A DNA stretch of 63,860 bases, filler included, from Octopus bimaculoides (lineage: Eukaryota): assembly GCF_001194135.2 (NCBI RefSeq). It is 5 parts of 4 records of this genome, joined end to end, with 100 filler letters (N's around TTAATTAATTAA, not from the genome) between each part and the next. Parts side by side here need not be neighbours in the genome. Positions count along the whole stretch, not along the records: positions 1 to 30,889 come from NC_068985.1; 4 more parts are not named here. One strand, 5' to 3'. The first letter of the stretch is position 1. Each line of letters begins with the position of its first letter. Positions 1-11,560 of the stretch are shown piece after piece. The translations under genes were made by a program, and so were the position numbers. The notes under the pieces are model-generated. The model was not told the DNA's origin. It saw only the letters and a program-made list of their open reading frames with translations, and did no database searches.

Positions 1-654
1 TATATATATATATATTATATATATATGTATGTATAGCATTCAAAATACTGCCGAAGTACTTCCTGGATTTACCTGGGACTATACTTAAGGACCTATGCTT
101 TCAAGGAACTACGGACCAATCTCCATACCCTCTGGAAGAAGATGAGCTGTGAACTTTATTCTACTGTTTGTATTCTTGTATCTACTGTTTTACTCTTTAT
201 TCTTCTATCTACTATTTTATTCCTTTATAAACTGTGAATTTCCTGTCCAGAACTTTCACACACACTCACCTTATCTCTGATGACTTTATACTCAGTGTAT
301 CGAGATGCTCACCTATCACTTGGGATATTCCAGAAACAGGAGTAAGAAAGCCAATAATTAATCAATTTATTATCTCAAATTCACCTTACTCTAAATAAAT
401 ATTCTAAATAATTTGAGATACTCGTCATGCCTTTGTTTCTCTTGTCCATTTCTTTCTAATATACATATATACATACATACATAGATATATATATGTGTGT
501 GTGTGTGCGTGTGTCATTCACCGCCGATTTTTCCGCATGTTGTGTCTTGTTGAGTTCACCTTGTAGTGTTCTTTCTGTCCTGCTCTTGATTTATCCATGT
601 GGTCCACTGTACAACCTGCTGTTTACTTTGTTAAAATATATATGGAGAGAGATT

Positions 655-925
<271 letters not shown>

Positions 926-2346
926 GGGGGGTACAGAACCCAGAACCATGTGGTTGGGAAGTAATCTTCTTACTACACAACCACACCTCTCACTTTCTGT
1001 ACGGATGCACACACACACTTATACACACACACACACGCACGCACACCCACATACAGGAACACACACAGACATATACACATACACACAAATACACACATAC
1101 ACACACATTCACAGACACACACACGGAATAGAGCAAATAAATTGAATCAAAAATATTCCCGTAAATTTGGTGCCTTAACGTCAGGGTAAAGGTATAGTTT
1201 TTTTTAGAATATAAATGGATTCTCTTCTCCAAATTCTGTAATGCATCCTCCATAAAATTTTAAGACTACTTGTTGGGGTCGAGAAACGCATGTTCTAAAA
1301 AGTTACATAGAGTGTTTAATGAAAAATAATGAAATACCAAAATTTCCAAATTTTGATCTTTTATTCTTACCAACCAATATCTCAAGTATGATAGAAGACA
1401 TTAAAATTGTAGATGTAGTAAATGGACGATGCATTTGTTTGGATTTTTTTTTCTTTGTAGTAACAATTTTGAAAAGTATTTAAAATATCAAGATGTATAC
1501 TTTTAGGTTTCTCGTAAATGGAAGTGTACAAGAAGTTTCTTTTGATGTTTAAATCAAAAGTTGTGTGTAAATACTTCTAATTACATCTTCGTCAGATCAT
1601 GGATTTTTTTTTCTTTCTTTTGTCAGATGATGTCTTCAAAGAAAAAAAAAGAAACAGAAAATAAAAAGGAAACACCATGCGAATGTGGATGTTAAAAATC
1701 AAATTACAATTCATCGTGAAGCAGTCGCAACTTATAGAGTCCACACACTGTTGAAGAATAAGAAGGCGGAAGTGGAAAAGGAGGAGTAGAAGAAGAAAAA
1801 GACAAAGAAGAAGGGGAGGAGGAGGAGAAAAATAAAAATAAAATGATGTGATGATGATCTTCGCCTCTCTTTATATCTCTTCATATCATAAAGAAAATAG
1901 ATATACACTTCCAGGAACTGGTTCTACTACAAGGAAGGATGGATCTGGCGGGTTTAGAATACCTACATATTACAAATGACAAAAATTTTTAATTCTGACA
2001 TGTACAAATAAAGAAATAAATAAAAGAAAAAAGGAAAATAATAAAGCTTGCAGCTGCTGCGAAGAGGTTTTAGAATTTTAGAATTATTGACTACAAGACT
2101 GTTTCCAGAAGGATCGTTGCAAGAAGGTTAATGATTTTGCCTCGAAAAAAAGATGTGCTAGAAAGCTCTTAATAAAAAAAAATAAAAATATTTAATGAAA
2201 AACATTTTGGCCGAGTGCGGTACATAAACTGACGCCCTGCACAGGCAACGGCAGTCATGGTCAAAGATCTTGAAGGACGCACATATCGTTGTGCACGCGA
2301 TACCTTCGCGCGCGCGCGCACGCACACACACACACACACACACACT

Positions 2347-2403
2347 GACCAAAATCTTGAGAGTGGATTTGGTAGACGGAAACTGAAAGAAGCCCGTCGT
2401 GTG

Positions 2404-2458
<55 letters not shown>

Positions 2459-2665
2459 CTGTGTTTATCCCCCACCAACGCTTGACAACCGGTGTTGGTG
2501 TGTTTACGTCCTCTTAACCTTGCAGTTTGGTAAATGACACTCATAGAATAAGTACGAAGCTTAATTTCTTTTTTTAGTATACAGGGGTCGATTCATTTGA
2601 CTAAAATTCTTCAAGGCGTTGCTCCAACATAGCCGCAGTCTAATGAATGAAACAAGTAAAAGAAT
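2347..2665 (+). mobile_element. SINE family A, 5'-truncated
   Basis: Core GTGGATTTGGTAGACGGAAACTGAAAGAAGCCCGTCG and tail GAAACAAGTAAAAG. Confidence 0.85.
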
Positions 2666-3020
2666 TTTAAAAAAATAAAAGGTATCTAAGCAAATGTATA
2701 TAATGAGCGTTAGCGTTTGCATTTACATAGACAGAGAAAGCATATGTAGAAAATATGTAGAGAAAATATGTAGAGAAAATATATAGAGAAAGCATATGTA
2801 GAAAAAAACCTTGAAAATAAGAAATGGAGAGATGTTTATATGGGTAAACAACATGCGTGACGTAGAAGGAGAGAAAATTATGGAGGCGGGCAATAAAAAA
2901 AGGGAGAGACGTAGAAAGGGAGAATGTAAGAAAGAAGTATGAGAGAAAGAGAAATATAATCACATAGGGTGATGTTGGCGATGCTATGTGCTTGTTTGTG
3001 TGTTGGTATGTCAGTTTCTT

Positions 3021-3195
3021 AAGGCGGCGAGCTGGCAGAAACGTTAGTACGCCGGGCGAAATGCTTAGCGGTATTTCGTCTGTCTTTATGTTCTGGGTTC
3101 AAATTCCGTCGAAGTCGACTTTGCCTTTCATTCTTTCGGGGTCGATAAATTTAAGTACCAGTTGCGTACTGGGGCCATGTGCCTAGAGTAGAAAA
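3021..3195 (+). mobile_element. tRNA-derived SINE family B with 15-bp TSD
   Basis: AAGGCGGCGAGCTGGCAGAAACG head, GGGTTCAAATTCC B box, CCTTTCATTCTTTCGGGGTCGATAAA domain; TSD GTATGTCAGTTTCTT at 3006-3020 and 3196-3210. Confidence 0.92.
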
Positions 3196-3369
3196 GTATG
3201 TCAGTTTCTTGTTTGAATGTAGGCGTGTGAGTCAGTGTTTGTATGTGCATGTCTGGATACGTAGGGGATAGGTGTGTGTCTGTGTGTAGAAAGTGTGAAA
3301 AGAAGAAAAGTAGATAGGCAGACAGATAGACTGACAGATATGCAGATAAATCGACGGAGAGACAGGCAA

Positions 3370-3373
3370 ACAA

Positions 3374-3445
<72 letters not shown>

Positions 3446-3570
3446 GATAGACTGGCTGACAGACAGTTAAATATATAGATAAGAAGAGAGGGAGAGTAAG
3501 GGAGACAGAGAGAGAGTCCAATAGAGAGACAGATAGAATGATAGGCAGACACAAAGACAGACAGACAGCG

Positions 3571-3615
<45 letters not shown>

Positions 3616-3644
3616 TGTAAAAATGCAAAGAGCCGAGAGCTAAT

Positions 3645-3699
<55 letters not shown>

Positions 3700-3700
3700 G
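3370..3700. repeat. Compound (GACA)n/(GATA)n/(GAAA)n microsatellite
   Basis: Direct reading. Confidence 0.95.
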
Positions 3701-3982
3701 AACGAGTAAGAAACAAAATAAGAGAGACTAAGACACCGAGCTAGAAAGAGAGAGAGTAGGAGAAGAAGCCAGCTTCTGTGTTGTTATTAAACTTTTTACA
3801 CCTTTCCAGAGAGAAGAGCTGCAATGACTTTAAAATATTCTCTGCATCTAAGACAAGCTTTTGCATGTCTATGATTAAAGCCAATACAAAATATTAACCA
3901 GACTTAATACCAGCCTAGCGAAGATTTCAGCAGTATATCTTCTACTTTCACTCTATCGTAACACGTAGACACACACACATAT

Positions 3983-4039
<57 letters not shown>

Positions 4040-4953
4040 NNNNNNNNNNNNNNNNNNNNNNNNNNNNNNNNNNNNNNNNNNNNNNNNNNNNNNNNNNNNN
4101 NNNNNNNNNNNNNNNNNNNNNNNNNNNNNNNNNNNNNNNNNNNNNNNNNNNNNNNNNNNNNNNNNNNNNNNNNNNNNNNNNNNNNNNNNNNNNNNNNNNN
4201 NNNNNNNNNNNNNNNNNNNNNNNNNNNNNNNNNNNNNNNNNNNNNNNNNNNNNNNNNNNNNNNNNNNNNNNNNNNNNNNNNNNNNNNNNNNNNNNNNNNN
4301 NNNNNNNNNNNNNNNNNNNNNNNNNNNNNNNNNNNNNNNNNNNNNNNNNNNNNNNNNNNNNNNNNNNNNNNNNNNNNNNNNNNNNNNNNNNNNNNNNNNN
4401 NNNNNNNNNNNNNNNNNNNNNNNNNNNNNNNNNNNNNNNNNNNNNNNNNNNNNNNNNNNNNNNNNNNNNNNNNNNNNNNNNNNNNNNNNNNNNNNNNNNN
4501 NNNNNNNNNNNNNNNNNNNNNNNNNNNNNNNNNNNNNNNNNNNNNNNNNNNNNNNNNNNNNNNNNNNNNNNNNNNNNNNNNNNNNNNNNNNNNNNNNNNN
4601 NNNNNNNNNNNNNNNNNNNNNNNNNNNNNNNNNNNNNNNNNNNNNNNNNNNNNNNNNNNNNNNNNNNNNNNNNNNNNNNNNNNNNNNNNNNNNNNNNNNN
4701 NNNNNNNNNNNNNNNNNNNNNNNNNNNNNNNNNNNNNNNNNNNNNNNNNNNNNNNNNNNNNNNNNNNNNNNNNNNNNNNNNNNNNNNNNNNNNNNNNNNN
4801 NNNNNNNNNNNNNNNNNNNNNNNNNNNNNNNNNNNNNNNNNNNNNNNNNNNNNNNNNNNNNNNNNNNNNNATATATATATATATATATATTCACACATAT
4901 ATACTCATATGAACATACATACATACAAAAATGCATACATATATATACAATCA

Positions 4954-5002
<49 letters not shown>

Positions 5003-5087
5003 GTGTGTGAGTGTGTGCATGTGTGTGTGTGTGTTACCATGTTATTATCGCTATTGTTATTGCTGTAGCTGCTGATAATGATGGAAG

Positions 5088-5130
<43 letters not shown>

Positions 5131-6323
5131 AATGATGATGATGATGATGATGATGATGACGATGGTGATGATAACAACAACAATGGCATTAATCCTATGA
5201 TTTCTTTATTGTTTTTGTTAGTTTTTTTGTTCATCTTTTGTTTTTGTATGTTTGTTCTTTCATTACTTTACAATTTTCTCGCCATTTTTATTCGAAATTA
5301 TTTGTTCTTGTTTATCATTATTGCCATTATTATCGTTATCATCGCTCTATTCTATCAGGATTGTGTTTATTTTATCACAAATTCCGAGCTCGTTTCAAGA
5401 GGCAAGAAGCAGGGATTGCACGGCGTGGTAGGTAAAACTTTAGTAGGTGAAAGAACGGTTTAATAGATATTTAAATTGATTAAATTACATTACACAAATA
5501 ACATATCTTGCATCTGCACACTATAATTCCCCATTCCATCTACCTCTATCTCTTTCTCGTTCTCTGACACACGTTCATACACGTGCAAACGCATATATAT
5601 TCTCTATAAATGCTGATTAATCCATGTATGCATCTACACCTTTAGATGCACATGTACTTTCGCATATACGAACGTGTCTATCTATTTAAAAAATGTTCAA
5701 GCTTTAATGTAACCCGGTGCAAATGTGTGGGAGTGGCATTCCTTCTAAATCTCTTTCTTTTCAAATATTTATTAATATTATTGTTATTGCTATTATTATT
5801 TTGATAAGATAGTTGCTGTTGTGGTGGCTATGTTGCCGCTGTTGCCGCCGCTGCTGCTGCTACTAATGCTTTTGCTGCTGTTGTTACAACTACTGCTGCT
5901 GCTTGCTGCTGAATCGTTAAGCTGTTTCTTCTGAAATCAATCCAGCATTAATATGTAACTTTTATGTACTGAGAACAGAAGTGGCTAATTGCCTTTCCAA
6001 AATTGCTTCTTAATTATATTTTGAAATGCGTTTGAATGCACAGAGTTGTGCGCATGCGCATATATCTGAAATGCTCTAAAACTTTCATGCTACCCTCTCA
6101 GCTTCCCAGTAATTCCATAAATATTTCAGTTTCTATGCAGAAATTCGAAGGAAAGCAGAAAATGAATTCAGTAAAGGGAAATAACTCCATGTCGAGCGAG
6201 GGTTTGTATTTAGATGAATCATGTAGATGGTATATGTGAGCAGGTGTTTATCAGAGAGCACAAGGTTTCTTTCGATTCCTCATTAGTCTGTAAATACTAG
6301 ATTTCAATGCAAACAACAAATAT

Positions 6324-7299
6324 TTTCTGTGATACCGGACGTTCTAGTGCCTGCACGATATAAGCCCTTTACCCTATTCTTACTGACCCTAGTTACGTCA
6401 TTGTGTACGTTATTTGGCGATGCACTCCGTACGCAAAAAAAATTCTCAGAAAAACTAGCGGTAATAAATCTCTTTATTTATTTGCAACATTTAGATACAA
6501 AGAAACAGGGAAACAAGAGAGATAATAAAGGAAAAGAAATAACATAAAAAACTGAAGGGTAAACTGAAGGGTAAAACAGCAGATGGAGAGTGGGTTGATG
6601 GACCACATACCACAGGGCAAACGGTGTGCTCAGGCGTACCCCACGGTAACGACCGTAATGGTATTGCCATGGATTATGACCGGCGACACCCGCTGGAGTA
6701 GCCACTCCACTTCGCGGGGCTCATTTCTCCGACGGGTCACCGTAATCCTTATTTCGCAGAGGAAATCGGTAGAACGGGATCGTAGAACCCCTGGCGTCTT
6801 GAAGGTGACTGACACAAACTGGGGGCAATTGTCAGAGAAATGTATCAGGCAATTTTAATGAGTTTCCATAAGAACTGATATTGACTGTTTAGTCAGCTTT
6901 TAATGGTGTACCTTCCCAATATTTTCTAAAACAAAAATCGTAGATTGTAAAAATGGGTAGAGCATCGAACAAAATAACTTGTAGTATTTATTTGTTGCTG
7001 TTGTTTAACTCCAGGACAGTTCTCATTAGACAGAAATATGACGAGAAGCATGCTAATAATTACCATCATCACCATTTATTCAAGGATAGTGTAAGTCCAA
7101 TGCATGTCTTAGTTATTTGCCTGTTTAAGAAGGTTGCAGAGATTTAAGGAAAATCTGTTTGCTATTTCCAGACGATTTCTGTGATACCGGCCATTCCAGT
7201 GCCTGCATGATATAAGCCCTTTACCGTATTCCTACTGATCCTTTACCTTATTCTTACTGACGTTATTCGTGATGCACTCCGTACGCAAAAAAAATTCTC
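6324..7299. repeat. 124-bp imperfect direct repeats (6324-6447, 7176-7299) flanking a CpG-rich core
   Basis: Both read TTTCTGTGATACCGG..AGTGCCTGCA.GATATAAGCCCTTTACC..GATGCACTCCGTACGCAAAAAAAATTCTC. Confidence 0.85.
7015..7090 (+). CDS. Candidate exon (speculative)
   Basis: TTGTTTAACTCCAG acceptor and GTAAGT donor; one open frame reads MTRSMLIITIITIYSRI. No homology recognised. Confidence 0.2.
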
Positions 7300-8472
7300 T
7301 TGTTACTATTTGTAAACCTTGATGTTCTAAATTCAAATTTCACCATGGGTGACTTTACTTTAGTCAATGAAGTAAATTATAATAAAGTTTTAGGGTCGAC
7401 CTAATCAGCTATAACCTCCACGAAATAAAAACATTCAGATCTATAGTTTTGAATTTTTCACTTCAAGTATGAACAACAAACTTTCAAAATAACAGCGTCC
7501 GGAATAAGGCAACGTAACTAACAGCATCTTTTGCAAATACTAGCTCAATAAACACTGTTGTTCTGCCATCAGGATAAGATATGCTTCAGAACAGACAGAA
7601 CCATCATAACAGCGATATAGGTTGCAGGGTAAAGTAATGATCTGTAGGGCTAAAGCATTTATTTATTGACAGCATTGGGCCTCTTGCCTCAAGACTGTTC
7701 TGGCTGCAGAGATCTATTATGTTCGAATTCCTCTGTCTTTGAAGGTCAAATTCACTGAAGCCTGCATTTGTCTGTATTGTCCAAATATTTCGATCACCTA
7801 ACTTTTGTGGAGATATTGTTTTAGATTTTAAACACACCTTGTGGCGGATTTTATCTACTAGTTTCTAGAATATTCTCAGTTGATCAAAGCTTTTAAACTC
7901 ACTATATTACATATGTGAGACTCTGTCGTATTTGTATTTAGTATACAGAACTCTCGCCTCAGGTATTTTCTCTCATACATATTGTCAATTACGATAATTG
8001 CCAGCATCGTACTATTTTGATTTTATTATTTTTTTAACGTCTGTTTCTGTCAGTTTGAAAATGCTTGTTTTTCCTTTTCAAACAATTTTCTATTTTTCTT
8101 TCTCTCGTTTGCCAAAATCACTCTGTACACTTAGCAGCTAATAAAGTGTTATTCATCACATCATATTCTTTTATTTACTGTATTCCCTATATTTACGTAA
8201 TAAATGAATGAAAAATGATTCCTAGATAAATAGAAAATTATAAAATCAGCATCTCAGAAGAAATAGCAACTAAATATCCCTCAAATCATATACTATATCT
8301 TCTTTAATAAGAAAGCAGAGAATGAATAAGTAGGCCTGGATATAATTTTTTCTAAACGCCGAAATCAAAAAGACGAGAGGCCTTAATTAAAGATCTGCCC
8401 GAACGTTGCAGGCCTGAGCTAAAATGTAACAGCCGCCTCTATTACCGCTATCACTATCACCTCAACCACAGG

Positions 8473-8541
<69 letters not shown>

Positions 8542-8545
8542 AGCA

Positions 8546-8910
8546 GTGATAAGAAACTTGTTTCCCAACCACATGGTTCCGGCTTCAGTCCCACTGCATG
8601 GCTCCTTGGGCAAATGTCTTCTGCTATAGCGTCAGGCCAACCAAAGCCATAAGAGTGGATTTGGTAGACGGAAACTGAAAGAAGCCTGTCAAATACGCGC
8701 GTGTGTGTGTGTGTGTGTTTCTGTGTTTGTCACACGCTACTGCTTGATAACCGGTGTTTGGCAAAACGGTTCGGCAAAACAGACCGATAGAATAAGTACC
8801 ATGCTTAACAAAAAATAAGTGCTGGGGAGGGGTCGATTCATTCGACTAGAAATTCTTCAAAGCAGTGCCCCAGCATGGCCACAGTTTAATGACTGAAACA
8901 AGTAAAAGGG
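8546..8910 (+). mobile_element. SINE family A
   Basis: AACCACATGGTTCCGGCTTCAGTCCC head, core and tail motifs. Confidence 0.85.
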
Positions 8911-10911
8911 AAAAGATAATAGATGAATCTTGCGCAGTCACACAGCCAGCGAAGAATAGCAGCCAGCTGTCCCTCAAGTAAAACTCTATAATTCTTAATA
9001 CACTGTATTCGAAGAATGGCTTTGGTCATATATTTGATGGATCAGTCTGACCAGCTGCTAAATAAAATCAATCACTAACCTTATCAATGAAGATGAACCG
9101 AGAAGAAAGCCTGTAGAACCACTAGGTTTACTAGAAATAACAGTCAAAATTTCCTTCAAATTACACCCTTCTGTCAGGAGATATGCTCCTGAAAATAAAG
9201 AAAGACGAAGTGATCCTTTTGATCATAGGTCTTCCTTAATCGAAGGCTGATTTAAGCTAATCCACAATAACAATCATTAGTTGATAATATTCATGTGACT
9301 AATTATTATCTCCATATGGATCAAACAGTTCCTCTTTTGGCTAGATTGCCAGTCATCTCTATCTTCAATATTATCTTCTCTCATTGCCGTTACATCCTAG
9401 CAAATTTGTAGTTCTAGCATCATTACACCATACTACTATATCTGGCCGTTGATTTGTTACTGCGTTTCATAAATTACATGGTTCCTTGCAAGAAACAGCA
9501 GCTAAATCCCTATTAAATTACGGCATAAACTAGAGAAGCCCACAGAAATACATTTTCGTGGTTTAAATACCTTTAATCATGGAGCATCCCATTTATAGAG
9601 CATCTCAATTGTAAATCATCCAAGTCATAAATCATCCAATCGTAAATCATCGTAAATCGTGACTGACATTAGGCTAAACGAAAAGAACAACTAATAATGA
9701 CATTATTGATTCCAGCGCCGGGGTTTAGACAGTATCGAAACTTCAGCCGCCATGATATAACTACTTTTTCTATCCACTCTGTGCGACAAATCGGTTACTT
9801 TACATTTTCTTTAAAGATAATAACTCAGCAAAAGACTTTCTTTCATATAAATTACACTTTGGTTACTTACCCCAGAAATAGTTTATTTATCTTGGCTGCT
9901 ATCACGTAAGAGAAAACTATTTCTAATGTCTTACTATGATATCTTTATAACACGCTCTATTCAACAATGATGAATTACTTATAAACATATGCATCATTGG
10001 TAATCATTTATAATCATATTCTTTAGTTCTTGTTGTGGTAGTGGTGACTGTTGTCGTAGTCGTTGTTGTTGTTATTGTTTTTTTTTTACCGTTGTTCCGC
10101 TCACGTCAAAACATATTTCAACAGAACCAACATTTTCCTGATATCGAATCTGATGAAGACAGAGATAGCTACTGTATTATCTTATTTGTTTTCTCTTTCC
10201 TCTTATCGGCTGTGTCCGACAAGAAAATATAACGATGTTGCATGATATAAAGAATAAAATTTGATAAATATAACTAGTTATATTTACATTTATACTCCCT
10301 ACGGAGTCGATATATTCTTAAAGTATGTCGGTTAACTTTCAATGATTCACCGTACGAAGTGTCGCCCGCGAGTGGAAGCGTCTCCAGCCTTTATTGTGTC
10401 AGAAGTTCACAGACTTCATGCTGTGGGCCAAATGTAACATTCTGGCGGCACCTGTGCTACTTTATGTAACTGGCTATGACAAAATTAAAAAGAACGAAAG
10501 GTAACTAATGAAAAATTATTCTAGTGAGTTTAGGATTTTGTTCTTCAACAACTTTGATTCATATCATTTACTTTTTTTCTGAATAATGAGGCTGAAATGA
10601 AATAAGGAACTATTTTAAAAGCAGATGATTATCTTTGTTCATGTTCAGCCCCAGGTACCATGTTAACTTTGATCAGACAGATCTGCAATCAAAGGTATTT
10701 CAGCGGCGATTAATCTATGTTTTTGTATATAAGGGAAAACATTGTTCAATTAATTTTTCTCTTTAAGACGGCAGAATGCGACGCAAATGCTATTTAGTCG
10801 TTATCGCTTGCGAGTCAAACAACTGCATAGAGGCTGCCTCATTGACTTGAGTCATATATTATTTCCTATGAATCCCAACCGTTGTTATATTTCTCTTTAC
10901 TCTTTTACATA

Positions 10912-11078
10912 TATACGACAGGCTTCTTTCAGTTTCCGTCTACCAAATCCATCACAAGGCTTTGGTCGGCCCGAGGCTATAGTAGAAGACACTGACCCAA
11001 AGTGCCACGCAGTGGGAATGAACCCGAGACCATGTGGTTGGTAAACAAGCTACTTACCACACAGCCACTCCTGCGCCT
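10912..11078 (-). mobile_element. SINE family A, 5' half
   Basis: Reverse complement of the head and core. Confidence 0.85.
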
Positions 11079-11339
11079 ATGTTATATACGTGTTATTGCA
11101 AAAACATTAGACAGTGAAAGGTTTCATATTTGATTTTGAATACGCATTTATATAGAAAAGCTAGTGCATACGCGAGCCCGTGTGTGTGATAAATAAATTA
11201 ACCATGTAGCTTCAATCTTTAAAAAATAAATATGATAAAACTTTGATTTATATTTATAGAGAAAGTAGTTGGAGAACCCCAAAAATGTAGTGATAGCAAG
11301 TGCCAGCAATAGGACAGAATTGAATTACCAAAATAAATT

Positions 11340-11560
11340 AATATTGGCTTCAAATTTTGGTAGAAGGCCAGTAATTTCGGGGAGGGGTTAAGTTGACTAT
11401 ATTTATCCTAGTGATCAACTAGTACTTATTTTATCGACCCTGAAAGGATGAAAGGTAACGTCGATCTCGGTGGAATTTGAAATCAGAACGTACAGACGGA
11501 CGAAACGCCGTTAAGCATTTTTCCCAACGTGCAACATTATTCTGCCAGGTCGCTGCCTTA
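11340..11560 (-). mobile_element. SINE family B
   Basis: Reverse complement of the family B head and domain. Further copies at 14235-14445(+), 27465-27670(+), 34170-34380(+), 46360-46470(-). Confidence 0.8.

Noticed and set aside
272-320. CTGATGA..TATAC(TCA)GTGTA..GAGAT as a hammerhead
   Set aside because: The GAAA core, stem I and stem III are not recoverable; too degenerate to call.
3948-5020. Long ORFs containing X runs (also at 13, 16.6, 19.4, 29.6, 36, 37.3, 38.4, 43.8, 45.2, 47.2, 50.4, 54.1 and 62.5 kb)
   Set aside because: Open only because they span assembly gaps.
6620-6660. TVCSGVPHG resembling the LINE RT motif SGVPQGS
   Set aside because: The following residues do not fit the xLGPxLF/YxDD context and stops follow.
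11158-11190. Possible minus-strand Helitron 3' end (CTAG)
   Set aside because: The hairpin is weak and no associated Helitron sequence is visible.
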